A stretch of 64,000 nt of DNA from Lentisphaeria bacterium (GTDB lineage Bacteria > Verrucomicrobiota > Lentisphaeria > JABSQK01 > JAWLHB01): contig JAWLHB010000041.1 in NCBI GenBank assembly GCA_041690595.1, forward strand, positions 1 to 64,000, written 5' to 3'. Numbering within the stretch: position 1 is the stretch's first letter; every line of letters starts with the position of its first letter. Under the pieces are notes generated by a model, which saw nothing but the letters and a program-made list of their open reading frames with translations, had not been told where the DNA came from and did no database searches. Of the stretch, positions 37,819 through 47,875 are shown piece after piece. Both the position numbers and the translations under genes were made by a program.

Positions 37819-40281
37819 CTACTCTCTGCCGCCGCCGGGCAGGATACGCTGGTGGGGTTCGATCGCGGGAGCCTGCTGCTCAAGGCGCGGGCCCGCAAAG
37901 ACGAAACTCGGATAGAGCATCCCGCCAAGTCCAAGCTCGTTCAGCATGCTGTTGCGGATGACCTGCAGGGCGATGGTGTTCTCCCCATCCCGCCGGATCG
38001 ACCCCGTGAGGTCGAACTGGAAAGGCCGCACGTACCCGCGCCCCTTGCCGATGTACGTCCCATTGCACCAGACGTGGATCTCGTCCTCAACCGCGCCGAT
38101 GAAGAGGCCCACCCCTTCCTCCGCCGAGAGCTCCTCCAGGGTGAAGGTGTCGAAATACCAGACGGACCCCTGGCGGTATCCGCCGAGCCCCTGCGTCATC
38201 CAGGTGCTGCCGTAGGTGTGCGTCTTCAGCAGGTTGTCGTGCGGCACGGCGGGGAGCTGAAAGCCCATCAGGTGGCCGCTTAGGGTGGGGTCGAAGCGCG
38301 TCGGCAGGGCCTCGGGCAGGCGATGCGCGATGCGATACTCTCCAGTGGAGTAGCGCTTGCCCTGTTCGGCAACCGGCTTGTAGAGCCACTCCATATAGCG
38401 GCGTCCATAGCGGGAAACAAGGTTGCTGTCCTGGGCCAGGCACGCATCCCAGTGGGCGACCATGGCCTCCAAATCCCCGGTGGCCCGCACATAGTCGAAG
38501 TTGTGCAGCGCGTCGATGAAGTTGAGGTACAGATGCAGCATCTCGACCGGCTGGCTGAAAGCCGCGACACGCTCCCGGAGCGTGTCCGTTTCCGCGGCCG
38601 CGGCCGCTTTCGCAAAAAGCGCCCTCGATTCCTGGACAAACTCCTGATCGAAGACCAGCGGCATCGCAAAGTGGCTGCCGGCCTCGTGCCCATGGCGTTC
38701 CTGCCGCTCGATCAGATTCAGATAGTACTGCGCCATATGCGTCCCACCCGCGCCGAAGGCCTTGGCGCAGTACTCGTCAAGCACATCCTCCCACTCCAGC
38801 TCCATGTCCCACCCAAGGCGCGCCATCAGGTAGTTGTGCGGCCCGAGGATGCTCCACGCTTTGTCCTGCTCGTTGTTATGCCCCTTGACCCCCATCTCGT
38901 GATAGTACGGAAGGTCCAGGCCCCAGATCTTCATCTTCGTGTACGGCAGCAGGTTCTCCGCAAGGTTCCAGTTGTACCCATAGAACCAGAGTGGATTGCC
39001 CTGCTCCTCATGCAGCTCCGCCCATTGCTCCAGAATATTGCGATAGTAATTGCGCGTCGGGCTGCTCGTATCCTCCAGCGCATGGAAACGCGAATAGGTG
39101 ATGTCCGCAAAATGGCCGATAAACTTGGGATGCGGCTTGTGGCGCATCGGGTAATCCGCGTGCACACTGTAGATCAGCAGACCCAACCTCAGATTCGGAA
39201 ACTCCGGCTCCAGCATCTCGATCAGACGATTCGTATAGAGCACCAGCACGTCCGTCTGATCCCGATCCCCGGCGATCGGATCGAAGCGCCCGCCACCCTC
39301 CGTGATGACCTCCGCCGATTCGGAATACCCCCCACCATCGTTGGGACCCACGTTCAGCGCCACACGCTTATCATTCGGCCACTTGTTGCGCTCGAACATC
39401 CCGCGGATGTAATCGGCGCACATGTCGAGCACACCCGGGTGCAGCGGATCGAGCTGACTCTTCCCACGCACATAACTGCCGTCAGGCTGGCGCACGAGCG
39501 CGTACATCGTCGGATCTTCCTTGAGGCGCGTATCCTTGTAGTGGCGAAGCACGCTGTTCCAGAAATGACCGCCGTGCATGAAGTCCGGATGACGATGCGC
39601 AAACTCCCGCGGCGTCTGCCCATGACGCAGCTTCCACTGCCGCAACTGCGCCAACTCCTCATCCGTGACGATAAGCCGGCCGCCACTGTACCAGTTGGCG
39701 CGCACCTCGAAGGCGGGACTCTTCCCGATGTCCATCGTCGGGACGACGACCGTGGCGAGCGACGGAATGATCTCCCCCATCGGACCCGGCATCAGCCAGT
39801 CGCAGCCAAGCGTCGCCAGCAGCCCATGGATGCCATGCGAGGTGCCAAGAGGACCCTCCGAGCCGATGAGCAGCCGGTTCGGCCGCGAGACCAACCGGTA
39901 CGATTCCCCCATGGTCGTTTCCTGTAGCGGCGCCGCGCCAGCTTCCACCGCAAGTTGTCCTACTAGAATGGCCGCTTCTCCCGCGGGCAGATTGCGCGCT
40001 TCCTCCAACGAGATGCTCCGAACCAAGAGCGTCGCCCCAGACATCCGCTCCACATGATAAACCAAGTCCTTGACCGCATCCGCGACAAGCAGCGCATCCA
40101 GCCGCTCGCTCTGCTCCTCGTTGCTGATCGTGCGCCGCTCCTTGGGTGTCAGCGGCTGCACATCCAACGCCCCCTGCATGTAGATTGTCGCCACCGCTTT
40201 CCCATCGCGGACGAGGGTCACCTCCGCATAGCCGACCATGGTGACAACAAGGAAGCTCAGGAGCCAGTGAATCGAATGCAT
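37819..40281 (-). CDS. DUF4838-type secreted protein, Cys-less variant with C-terminal sugar-binding domain (paralog 6)
   Basis: LGCDWLMPG, PAFEVR, GPNDGGGYSESAEV, VWYFDTF...VWCNG.YIG; GGAGG RBS before MHSIH. Confidence 0.85.
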   Translation of the reverse strand: MHSIHWLLSFLVVTMVGYAEVTLVRDGKAVATIYMQGALDVQPLTPKERRTISNEEQSERLDALLVADAVKDLVYHVERMSGATLLVRSISLEEARNLPAGEAAILVGQLAVEAGAAPLQETTMGESYRLVSRPNRLLIGSEGPLGTSHGIHGLLATLGCDWLMPGPMGEIIPSLATVVVPTMDIGKSPAFEVRANWYSGGRLIVTDEELAQLRQWKLRHGQTPREFAHRHPDFMHGGHFWNSVLRHYKDTRLKEDPTMYALVRQPDGSYVRGKSQLDPLHPGVLDMCADYIRGMFERNKWPNDKRVALNVGPNDGGGYSESAEVITEGGGRFDPIAGDRDQTDVLVLYTNRLIEMLEPEFPNLRLGLLIYSVHADYPMRHKPHPKFIGHFADITYSRFHALEDTSSPTRNYYRNILEQWAELHEEQGNPLWFYGYNWNLAENLLPYTKMKIWGLDLPYYHEMGVKGHNNEQDKAWSILGPHNYLMARLGWDMELEWEDVLDEYCAKAFGAGGTHMAQYYLNLIERQERHGHEAGSHFAMPLVFDQEFVQESRALFAKAAAAAETDTLRERVAAFSQPVEMLHLYLNFIDALHNFDYVRATGDLEAMVAHWDACLAQDSNLVSRYGRRYMEWLYKPVAEQGKRYSTGEYRIAHRLPEALPTRFDPTLSGHLMGFQLPAVPHDNLLKTHTYGSTWMTQGLGGYRQGSVWYFDTFTLEELSAEEGVGLFIGAVEDEIHVWCNGTYIGKGRGYVRPFQFDLTGSIRRDGENTIALQVIRNSMLNELGLGGMLYPSFVFAGPRLEQQAPAIEPHQRILPGGGRE

Positions 40282-40325
40282 GCGGTTCCCTCCGGGGAAG
40301 TTGAGTTGCAGGTGCTGCCTCAACA

Positions 40326-40354
40326 ATTATAGCGGCGCGTTACCCTGTTGGCAA
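40326..40354 (-). promoter_or_regulatory. Sigma70 promoter of paralog 6
   Basis: TTGCCA-17 bp-TATAAT on the minus strand. Confidence 0.7.
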
Positions 40355-40421
40355 CTGTAATAGTACTCAATTGACACTGAAATAGTTCGGCGGCGGCAAC
40401 ATCGCCCCGCTCCAGCCCCTC

Positions 40422-40799
40422 TCAGGAGCCCCGGTGCCTGGTCTTCCATGCCGCGATGGCCATCCCGATCCAGCCTATCAGCAATCCGATTCCACCCAGC
40501 GGAGTGACCGCTCCCCACTGGCGTACCTGTGTCAGCACCAGCAGATAAAGGCTCCCGCTGAACAGCACGATACCCGCGACGAAGGCAATTGCCGGCCACG
40601 CGGGTGTCCGCCGTCGGTGCATGATCACCCCGTAAAGCACCAGCGCCAGCGCGTGGCTCATCTGGTAGCTGACCGCCGTCCGGTAGATCTCCATGTCCCC
40701 CGCGGAAAGCGTGCCGCGCAACGCGTGGGCGCCGAATGCGCCAGCCGCCACGGCCAGAAATCCAAAGATCGCTCCCGATAAAATGCTTTGTCCACTCAT
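40422..40799 (-). CDS. DUF423 / TMEM256-family membrane protein
   Basis: GAFGAHAL, TAVSYQMSHALAL, LFSGSLY, TPLGG. Confidence 0.92.
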   Translation of the reverse strand: MSGQSILSGAIFGFLAVAAGAFGAHALRGTLSAGDMEIYRTAVSYQMSHALALVLYGVIMHRRRTPAWPAIAFVAGIVLFSGSLYLLVLTQVRQWGAVTPLGGIGLLIGWIGMAIAAWKTRHRGS

Positions 40800-40864
40800 C
40801 CATCACCTCCTTCTGTACATACGACTACTCTACAGCGATTCGCACAGGGAGAACCACGCCGCCG

Positions 40865-42415
40865 CTAATCGGACAGTGGTCCAGCGAAAGGTGCAAGATC
40901 GAATGAACAGTCACCCTCGCTCAGACGAGGGTCCCGGTTCTGCCTCAGAATTCCCTCCAGTTTCTCCGAAAGCTCGCGGCGCATCTCCTGTAACTCGGGC
41001 CGCTCGACCAGATTGACCAGGTGATGCGGATCGTCCCTGACGCTGTACAGCTCCTCGGCGGGAAATTTGCCGAAACCCAGCTGGAAGCTCGCCGCGACTT
41101 CCGCTTCTCCCCGGTGATGAATCATCCACGCCTTGGTCGGACTGGCATCCATGTCGGCATAGCACGCAAACGTGTCGCGGCAGAGCTGCTCGTAGGGGGG
41201 CGGCGACAACTCGGGATCGTCCAGCCCACGCGGATCTCCCATCGGCCAGCGATCCGGTGCATAATTCCGGATGTAGAGATAATCCCGCGTACGGATCGCC
41301 CGCTGTGGATAAGGAAGATATCCATCGCGCGCGCCGGCAACATGACGTTCCCGCCCGATGACCACATGATCCCGATCCGCCTCCACCTGCCCGTGTCCAC
41401 CCGACCTCAACAGCGGCATGAGGCTGCGGGCCGCCGCCTCCGCCGGTGGCTTAACCCCCCCGGCCTCCAGAAAGGTCGGGGCCAGATCCATGATGTTGAC
41501 CAGATCGTCGACGATGCGCTGCGGCGGAATCTCCTTCGGCAGCCGCATGGCAAGGCCAACTTCTGAGCCCTGATCGTACATGTTGCACTTGCCCCGTGGC
41601 ATGCCCGGGATTCCATGATCGCCGCTGACCACGATGAAGGTGTTGTCCATCTCCCCAAGCTCCTCCAGCCGCTCGATGAGGATCCCCAGTCCCATGTCCA
41701 CCGCCAAGCACTCGCCAAGGTAATCACAGAAATCCTCGCGGATCTCGGGGACGTCGGGAAGATAGGCGGGCAGCCGCCCCTGGAGCTGGTCGGGCTCGAG
41801 ACCGTACAGCGCGTGGCCGGAACCGCGTTCCCACGTGCGATGGGTGTTGGTCGGCCCCCACCAGTAGGCAAAGGGCGCGTCCTCCGGCCGTGCCGCCAGA
41901 AAGGCATCGAAGTTGCCCCGCACCTCATCCAGCATCTCCTGGCGAGCCTCCTTGAGCCCAACCTCCTCCCGTCGGCGGGTGACATGATGCGAATAGTCGC
42001 CGAAGTGTACCCCCGCCGTGTTGTAGGCGGTTCGCTCGCCCCCATACGGCGCATTGGGGGGCGTGCCGGGGCCCCACACCTTATACGTATGTCCGATATG
42101 GTAGCCGGATTCCTCCAGCATGAGCGGCCAGGACGGGATACTCTCATCCCATACCGCCCCCTGCAGGATCGCCCCCCGACCCGTCTGCCAGAAGTAGCGT
42201 CCAGTGAGGACCGAGCTGCGGCAGGGCGTGCAGGAGGGCGCCGGCACGAACGCGTTCGTGAAGAGGACTCCCTCTCGCGCTATGCGATCGAAATTGGGCG
42301 TTTCGATCAGAAAATTGGGCGTGTCGTCGCCTTCCACCTGACGATAGGCACTCGCATAGCGCCCCCAATCGTCGGCAAAGGCAAAGAGGATATTCGGTCG
42401 TGATGCTCCGGACAT
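40865..42415 (-). CDS. Formylglycine-dependent sulfatase (no signal peptide)
   Basis: RPNILF.FADD, SCTPCRSSVLTG, GDHG, EELY...DP. Confidence 0.93.
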   Translation of the reverse strand: MSGASRPNILFAFADDWGRYASAYRQVEGDDTPNFLIETPNFDRIAREGVLFTNAFVPAPSCTPCRSSVLTGRYFWQTGRGAILQGAVWDESIPSWPLMLEESGYHIGHTYKVWGPGTPPNAPYGGERTAYNTAGVHFGDYSHHVTRRREEVGLKEARQEMLDEVRGNFDAFLAARPEDAPFAYWWGPTNTHRTWERGSGHALYGLEPDQLQGRLPAYLPDVPEIREDFCDYLGECLAVDMGLGILIERLEELGEMDNTFIVVSGDHGIPGMPRGKCNMYDQGSEVGLAMRLPKEIPPQRIVDDLVNIMDLAPTFLEAGGVKPPAEAAARSLMPLLRSGGHGQVEADRDHVVIGRERHVAGARDGYLPYPQRAIRTRDYLYIRNYAPDRWPMGDPRGLDDPELSPPPYEQLCRDTFACYADMDASPTKAWMIHHRGEAEVAASFQLGFGKFPAEELYSVRDDPHHLVNLVERPELQEMRRELSEKLEGILRQNRDPRLSEGDCSFDLAPFAGPLSD

Positions 42416-42487
42416 GGCTGCTCCCTGTTGGCGATAGGATTGGTCGTATCACTATACGCCCGCTCCTCGCCTCCGGTCAACCGTGGA

Positions 42488-43867
42488 TCAGCGCCCGAAA
42501 AGGAGCGTGGCCTGCTCGACCGCCTGCCAGAAGGCATCCGCATCTTTCAGATCGTTGCAGAGGAAGACAAGAAGGATCTCTCGGCCGTCGGAGATTGTCA
42601 GCCGCCCGCTCAGCGCGCGCACCCCGTTGAGCGTGCCCGTCTTGCCCACCAGATTCCCGCGCAGTCGCGGATCGCCAAGATGCGTCGCCAGCGTCCCCGT
42701 CTCACCCGCTCGCGCCAGGCTCCCATAGAAAAGCTCCCGATGCGGTGACCCATGCATATGACGCATCAGCCTGGCCAGATCCGAGGCGCTGATGCGATTG
42801 GCACGACTCAGGCCCGAGCCATCCGCCGCTACCAGCGACGGCAACTCCAGCCCACCACGCCCAAGCGCCTGCGCCACCGCCTCCTGGCCGTTCGTGTAGT
42901 TGGCTTTCCCCGTCAGCTCGCTGGTCAGATTCAGATAGAGCATCTCGGCACGAAAATTGTCGCTGTCACTGCCGATGGGCGGCAGCATCTCCGCCACCGA
43001 AAGCCCCTGCAACTCGAGCAGCAGGTGACGCTCATCACCACCCGTCGCCCGCTCCTCCATCCGCAGCCCGCGCTGCGTCAACTCATGGCGCAGATGCGCC
43101 ACGTAGTACGCCTCGGCCGTCATGCCGTCCATACGCCAGTAGTCCACCGAAGTGCGCCTGGGATTGTACAGAATCGTATCGGATAGCTGCCCCTCGTGCC
43201 GAAGCTTGCGCTGCGTGTAATTGCCGCTCTCCGCGTGTAGTCGAAAACCGACCAGATGTCGCGGAAGCGTGTACGCACGCCCCTCGCGCACCTCGACGTC
43301 CAGCGTGTTCTCATTGTACGTCAGTGGCCCCGCGCAAGGATAATGCGGATTGCCCACCATGTCGGTATAGGCCGTGCAATCGGCGCGAAGTGCCCCCGCG
43401 ATCCGGGATACTCCCTGCCGGCGCAGTTGATAGACCAACCAGCTCAGCTGTTCATCGAGCAGGCGCTGCCGTTCTTCCAGTCCCAGGTCGTCCCGGTGAC
43501 GCGCGGTAAAATGTATCGCCCCATGCCCCGCCACGATCAGATCCCCCTCCAGCGTGCCATCGACAATCGGCCCCCCCGCATGAAAACGCGTACTGGGACG
43601 ATAATCCGTCCCGAGCGCCAGCAGCGCGGCAGCCATCGTCACCAGCTTCTGATTGGAAGCCGGCACCAGGGGCCGCTCGGGATTCACCGCGGCGAGTACC
43701 TTGCCGGTCTCCGCTTCGATGGCGATGCAACTCCAACTCGCTCCCGCCAGAGCCTTGGCCTCCATCAGGGCGCTGAACCGACGCTGCACCTGCAAATCTT
43801 CGGCGCCAGTCAGGAGGGGAATCATGGCCAGGAACACCGCCAGGATGCGAATCTCATGCTTCATCAT
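42488..43867 (-). CDS. dacB: D-Ala-D-Ala carboxypeptidase/endopeptidase (PBP4, peptidase S13)
   Basis: PASNQKL (SxxK), SDN, DGSGLSR.N, KTGTL. Confidence 0.88.
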   Translation of the reverse strand: MMKHEIRILAVFLAMIPLLTGAEDLQVQRRFSALMEAKALAGASWSCIAIEAETGKVLAAVNPERPLVPASNQKLVTMAAALLALGTDYRPSTRFHAGGPIVDGTLEGDLIVAGHGAIHFTARHRDDLGLEERQRLLDEQLSWLVYQLRRQGVSRIAGALRADCTAYTDMVGNPHYPCAGPLTYNENTLDVEVREGRAYTLPRHLVGFRLHAESGNYTQRKLRHEGQLSDTILYNPRRTSVDYWRMDGMTAEAYYVAHLRHELTQRGLRMEERATGGDERHLLLELQGLSVAEMLPPIGSDSDNFRAEMLYLNLTSELTGKANYTNGQEAVAQALGRGGLELPSLVAADGSGLSRANRISASDLARLMRHMHGSPHRELFYGSLARAGETGTLATHLGDPRLRGNLVGKTGTLNGVRALSGRLTISDGREILLVFLCNDLKDADAFWQAVEQATLLFGR

Positions 43868-44564
43868 CGCGTTCGACCAGTAGCTTGGTGGCGGCACTGG
43901 TACCCAGTGTCACGGACCCACCATTGTCGCTGACCAGGGTGATGGCATCTGCGATCTCGTTCGACTCCGATACGGTCACCCACTCGCCCGGCTGCAGCCC
44001 ATGCTGGCCGAGCAACTGCAGGAACGCCGCCGTCTCGTCCATCACCCGGGCCAGCCGTACCCGCGCACCTTGCCGGCAGTCGGTCAGATTGGTCAGCACC
44101 CGATGCTCGATTCTCCCGCTGGGGGAGGGGATCGGATCGCCATGAGGATCGACCGTCGGGAAGCCGAGAAGCTCATCGATCCGCGCCAGCACCTTGTCGC
44201 TTATGGCATGCTCCAGGCTGTCCGCCTCCGTATGCACCTCGCTCCAGTCCAGCCCCAGAATCCGCACAAGAAAAAGCTCCACCAGGCGATGACGCCGCAG
44301 GATCTGCAGCGCTTCTTCCTGACCTTCCTTCGTAAGATGGCTCCCACCACGAGGTTCATAATCCACAAAACCGGAGTTGCCCAGCATCTTCATCATCGCC
44401 GTCGCCGTTCCCGGTGAAACTTGCATCGCGGTCGCGATCCGACCCATCCCAACCAACTCGCCGGGACACTTCTGCTGCTCCTCGTACAGGCACTTCAGGT
44501 AGTTCTCAACCGTGCTGCTCAATCGACCCGGTGCATCTCCCTCGCCCTTCGTCCGCTTCGCCAT
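43854..44564 (-). CDS. DtxR/MntR-family metal-dependent repressor with FeoA domain
   Basis: ENYLK.LY, RRHRLVELFL, EVH.EA..LEH, DPHGDPIP. Confidence 0.93.
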   Translation of the reverse strand: MAKRTKGEGDAPGRLSSTVENYLKCLYEEQQKCPGELVGMGRIATAMQVSPGTATAMMKMLGNSGFVDYEPRGGSHLTKEGQEEALQILRRHRLVELFLVRILGLDWSEVHTEADSLEHAISDKVLARIDELLGFPTVDPHGDPIPSPSGRIEHRVLTNLTDCRQGARVRLARVMDETAAFLQLLGQHGLQPGEWVTVSESNEIADAITLVSDNGGSVTLGTSAATKLLVERDDEA

Positions 44565-44584
44565 AATGCTCTTTTGCCTTTGAA

Positions 44585-44663
44585 AATCGTTCGCCTAACC
44601 TATACTCACTCTTCCATTTTTTCACCGTCCCTCTTGACACTTTGGCTAGTCAAAATATATAGT
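44585..44663. promoter_or_regulatory. Divergent promoter with DtxR/TroR-type operators
   Basis: TTGACA at 44634 and TATAGT at 44658, with near-palindrome TTTGGCTAGTCAAA (44641-44654) in the spacer; GTTCGCCTAACCTA resembles the DtxR box. Confidence 0.65.
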
Positions 44664-44707
44664 GCTACCACTGAAAGTACAAAATACCATGTTGAAAAAG
44701 GAGCAGG

Positions 44708-45709
44708 ATGAAAGCTGCAGTTTCTCTCGTTCAGATGATGGCCCTGGTGGCTCTGACTATACTTGGCGGCTGCTCACCTGCCCGGCAGCCGGCAGATGAC
44801 GAGGCCGCCGGCAATCGCTATTCGGTTTCCTGCACCATCAGCATGGTCGCCGATATCGTGCGCCACGTTGCCGGCAACCATGCAAAGGTGACGCACCTCA
44901 TCGGCTCCGGTGTCGATCCCCACCTCTACAAGCCCACCCGCTCCGACGTCATCGCCCTCATGGAAGCAGACATCATCTTCTACAGCGGTCTGCGTCTGGA
45001 AGGAAAGATGAGCAGTGAACTGGACGGCATCGCCAGGCAGAACAAGCCGGTCATCGCCGTCACCGAGCGGCTCGAACCAAAATACCTGCTCTCGGAACCG
45101 GACGACCCCGATACCGCCGATCCCCACGTCTGGATGGATGTCCAGGGATGGATGCAGGCCACCGAGGCTGTCCGCGATGCCTTGATCGCCTTCGACCCGC
45201 CCCATGCCGATGAGTATGCCGCGAATGCGACGGCGTACCTGGCGCGACTGGAGAAACTGGATGCCTACGCGAAGGAAGTCCTGGCGTCGATTCCGGAACA
45301 GAAACGGCTCCTCATCACCGCTCATGACGCCTTTCGCTATCTCGGCAGGGCATACGGCATCGAAGTCCTTGGCATCCAGGGACTCTCCACGGAATCCGAG
45401 GCCGGCCTTCAGGATGTCAATCGCCTGGTCGACCTGATTGTCGAGCGCGATATCGGGGCGATCTTCGTCGAGAGCAGCGTCGCCAGAAAGAACGTCGAGG
45501 CCCTCATCCAGGGCGCTCGATCCCGTGACAAGAAGGTCCTGATCGGCGGCGAACTCTTCTCTGATGCCATGGGCGCGCAGGGCACCTACGAAGGAAGCTA
45601 CATCGGCATGATCGATCACAATGTCACCACCATCGCCCGAGCCCTTGGCGGACAGGCGCCCGAGGGTGGCATGCAGGGCAAGCTCGCCGCACGGGGAACC
45701 CCGCAATGA
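44708..45709 (+). CDS. Mn/Zn/Fe ABC transporter substrate-binding lipoprotein (TroA/MntA-like)
   Basis: Lipobox LGGC, DPHLYKP, DPHVWMD, TAHDAF.Y, LFSDAMG. Confidence 0.93.
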   Translation: MKAAVSLVQMMALVALTILGGCSPARQPADDEAAGNRYSVSCTISMVADIVRHVAGNHAKVTHLIGSGVDPHLYKPTRSDVIALMEADIIFYSGLRLEGKMSSELDGIARQNKPVIAVTERLEPKYLLSEPDDPDTADPHVWMDVQGWMQATEAVRDALIAFDPPHADEYAANATAYLARLEKLDAYAKEVLASIPEQKRLLITAHDAFRYLGRAYGIEVLGIQGLSTESEAGLQDVNRLVDLIVERDIGAIFVESSVARKNVEALIQGARSRDKKVLIGGELFSDAMGAQGTYEGSYIGMIDHNVTTIARALGGQAPEGGMQGKLAARGTPQ

Positions 45710-46533
45710 GTACGGACCAGATCACCATCCCCAACCAGGAGGGGCGCGCCTGGCACGAAGATACGCCCGAAAATCGGCGCATGGCACCCCTGTTCATCCA
45801 TGACATGACCGTCGCCTACCATAGCAAGCCCGTCCTCTGGGATGTCGATTTCGTCGCTCCCGCCGGCCGCCTGATCGGAATCATGGGACCCAATGGCGCC
45901 GGCAAGAGCACCCTCATCAAGGCCGTGCTCGACCTCGTCCCCAAGGCCTCGGGTGAGATCCTCGTTCACGGCAAGCCGTATCGGCGCCAGCGCCGAAAGG
46001 TCGCCTACGTCCCACAACGAGAAAGTGTCGATTGGGACTTCCCCGTCAACGCCATCGACGTCGTCGCCATGGGCCTCTACGGCCAGATCGGCTGGTTTCG
46101 ACCAGTTCGCGCCAGCCATCGCCGGCGCGCCATCGAGGCACTCGACCGCGTCGCCATGGCTGACTACGCCGAGCGTCAGATCAGCCAGCTTTCTGGTGGA
46201 CAGCAGCAGCGGGTCTTTCTGGCTCGCGCCCTCGTCCAGGAGGCCGAACTCTACCTGATGGACGAGCCCTTTGCCGGAGTCGATGCGGCCACCGAGCGCG
46301 CTATCGTCACCCTGCTCCAGGATCTGCGCACCGCCGGCAAGACCGTCCTCGTTGTCCATCACGATCTGCAGACCGCCGCTGACTATTTCGACTATCTCCT
46401 CTTGCTCAACATGCGCGTCGTCGCCGCCGGGCCCACCGAAGACGTTTTCACCAGAGACAACCTCGTCAAGACCTATGGTGGTCGCCTCACCCTCCTCGAC
46501 CAGGCCTTCGAAGCCATCCGCAGAAGGGGATGA
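45706..46533 (+). CDS. Metal ABC transporter ATP-binding protein (TroB/MntB-like)
   Basis: [29 protein letters not shown] overlap with the upstream gene. Confidence 0.95.
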   Translation: MSTDQITIPNQEGRAWHEDTPENRRMAPLFIHDMTVAYHSKPVLWDVDFVAPAGRLIGIMGPNGAGKSTLIKAVLDLVPKASGEILVHGKPYRRQRRKVAYVPQRESVDWDFPVNAIDVVAMGLYGQIGWFRPVRASHRRRAIEALDRVAMADYAERQISQLSGGQQQRVFLARALVQEAELYLMDEPFAGVDAATERAIVTLLQDLRTAGKTVLVVHHDLQTAADYFDYLLLLNMRVVAAGPTEDVFTRDNLVKTYGGRLTLLDQAFEAIRRRG

Positions 46534-46536
46534 TCG

Positions 46537-47865
46537 ATGCCTACCCTCGATGACCTGCTGCGCCTCCTCACGCTGCGCGACTACAATACCCGCGTGGTCC
46601 TCCTGGGCACCATGCTGCTCGGCTGGGCATGCGGCATGATCGGCTCCTTCCTGCTCCTGCGCAAGCGCTCGCTCATGGGCGACGCCATCAGTCACGCGAC
46701 CCTCCCGGGCATCGCCGGCGCCTTCATGCTCATGGTCGCTTTCGGCGGCAGCGGCAAGTCGCTCCCCGGCCTCCTGCTCGGCGCACTCCTCGCCGGCTTG
46801 CTCGGTATGGTCAGCGTTGTCGCCATCCGCGGCCTCAGCCGCATCAAGGAGGATGCCGCCCTCGGCATCGTCCTCAGTGTCTACTTCGGCATCGGCATGG
46901 CCCTCCTCGGCATCGTCCAGAAATACGATACCGGCAGCGCCGCCGGCTTGCAGGCCTTCATCTATGGCAAGACCGCCTCCATGCTCGACAGCGATGCGTG
47001 GCTCATCGGCATCACTGCCGCCGCTGTTGCGCTTCTCTGCGCCATGCTCCTCAAGGAGTTCACCCTCCTTTGCTTCGACCAGGCCTTTGCCGGTGCACAG
47101 GGATGGCCCGTGCGCCGACTGGATCTGCTGCTCATGGGCATGGTCGTCGTCGTCACCGTCATCGGCCTCCAGGCCGTCGGCCTCATCCTTATCATCGCCC
47201 TCCTCATCATCCCGCCCGCCGCCGCCCGCTTCTGGACCCATCGCCTCTGGCGGATGGTGATCATCTCGGCAGCAATCGGCGCCGGCAGCTCCCTGATTGG
47301 CGCCGCCGCCAGTGCCCTCCTGCCGCGCCTGCCCGCCGGTGCCCTCATCGTCTGTGTCGCCGCCGCATTCTTCCTGGCCAGCATGATCTTCGGCCCCTGC
47401 GGCGGCATCCTCGTGCGACTCCTCCAGCAGACTCGACTCCATCGCAAGGTCGCCCGCCAGCACTTGCTGCGCGGCCTCTATGAAGTCTGGGAAAGCCGCG
47501 GCCGACAGGGTCCCCCCGAAGCCGATTGGCACACTATGCTGGCCATGCGCTCATGGAAAGCAGGAAGACTTCATCGATTGCTGCGCCAGGCGCGCCGGAG
47601 GGGCCACCTCACCATGCCCGCCCCCTTGACCTACCGCTTGACGGAGCGCGGTCTGGCGGAAGCCAGACGATTGGTCCACAATCACCGCCTCTGGGAGATA
47701 TACCTCATCACCCACGCCGATATGGCCGCCAGTCGTGTCGATCGCGATGCGGACAAGCTGGAGCACGTGCTGGAGCCGGAAGTCGTCGCGCAACTGGAGC
47801 GCGAACTCGCTCGCCAGCACCCCCATCTGGCAACCCCTCACAGCCCTCACCCTCTCGAATCATGA
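46537..47865 (+). CDS. Metal ABC permease (ABC-3) fused to a DtxR-like C-terminal domain
   Basis: GDAISHATLPG, FD..FA; C-terminal LT.RG..EA..LV.NHRLWE.YL...AD.LEH. Confidence 0.9.
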   Translation: MPTLDDLLRLLTLRDYNTRVVLLGTMLLGWACGMIGSFLLLRKRSLMGDAISHATLPGIAGAFMLMVAFGGSGKSLPGLLLGALLAGLLGMVSVVAIRGLSRIKEDAALGIVLSVYFGIGMALLGIVQKYDTGSAAGLQAFIYGKTASMLDSDAWLIGITAAAVALLCAMLLKEFTLLCFDQAFAGAQGWPVRRLDLLLMGMVVVVTVIGLQAVGLILIIALLIIPPAAARFWTHRLWRMVIISAAIGAGSSLIGAAASALLPRLPAGALIVCVAAAFFLASMIFGPCGGILVRLLQQTRLHRKVARQHLLRGLYEVWESRGRQGPPEADWHTMLAMRSWKAGRLHRLLRQARRRGHLTMPAPLTYRLTERGLAEARRLVHNHRLWEIYLITHADMAASRVDRDADKLEHVLEPEVVAQLERELARQHPHLATPHSPHPLES

Positions 47866-47875
47866 GGCACCATTG

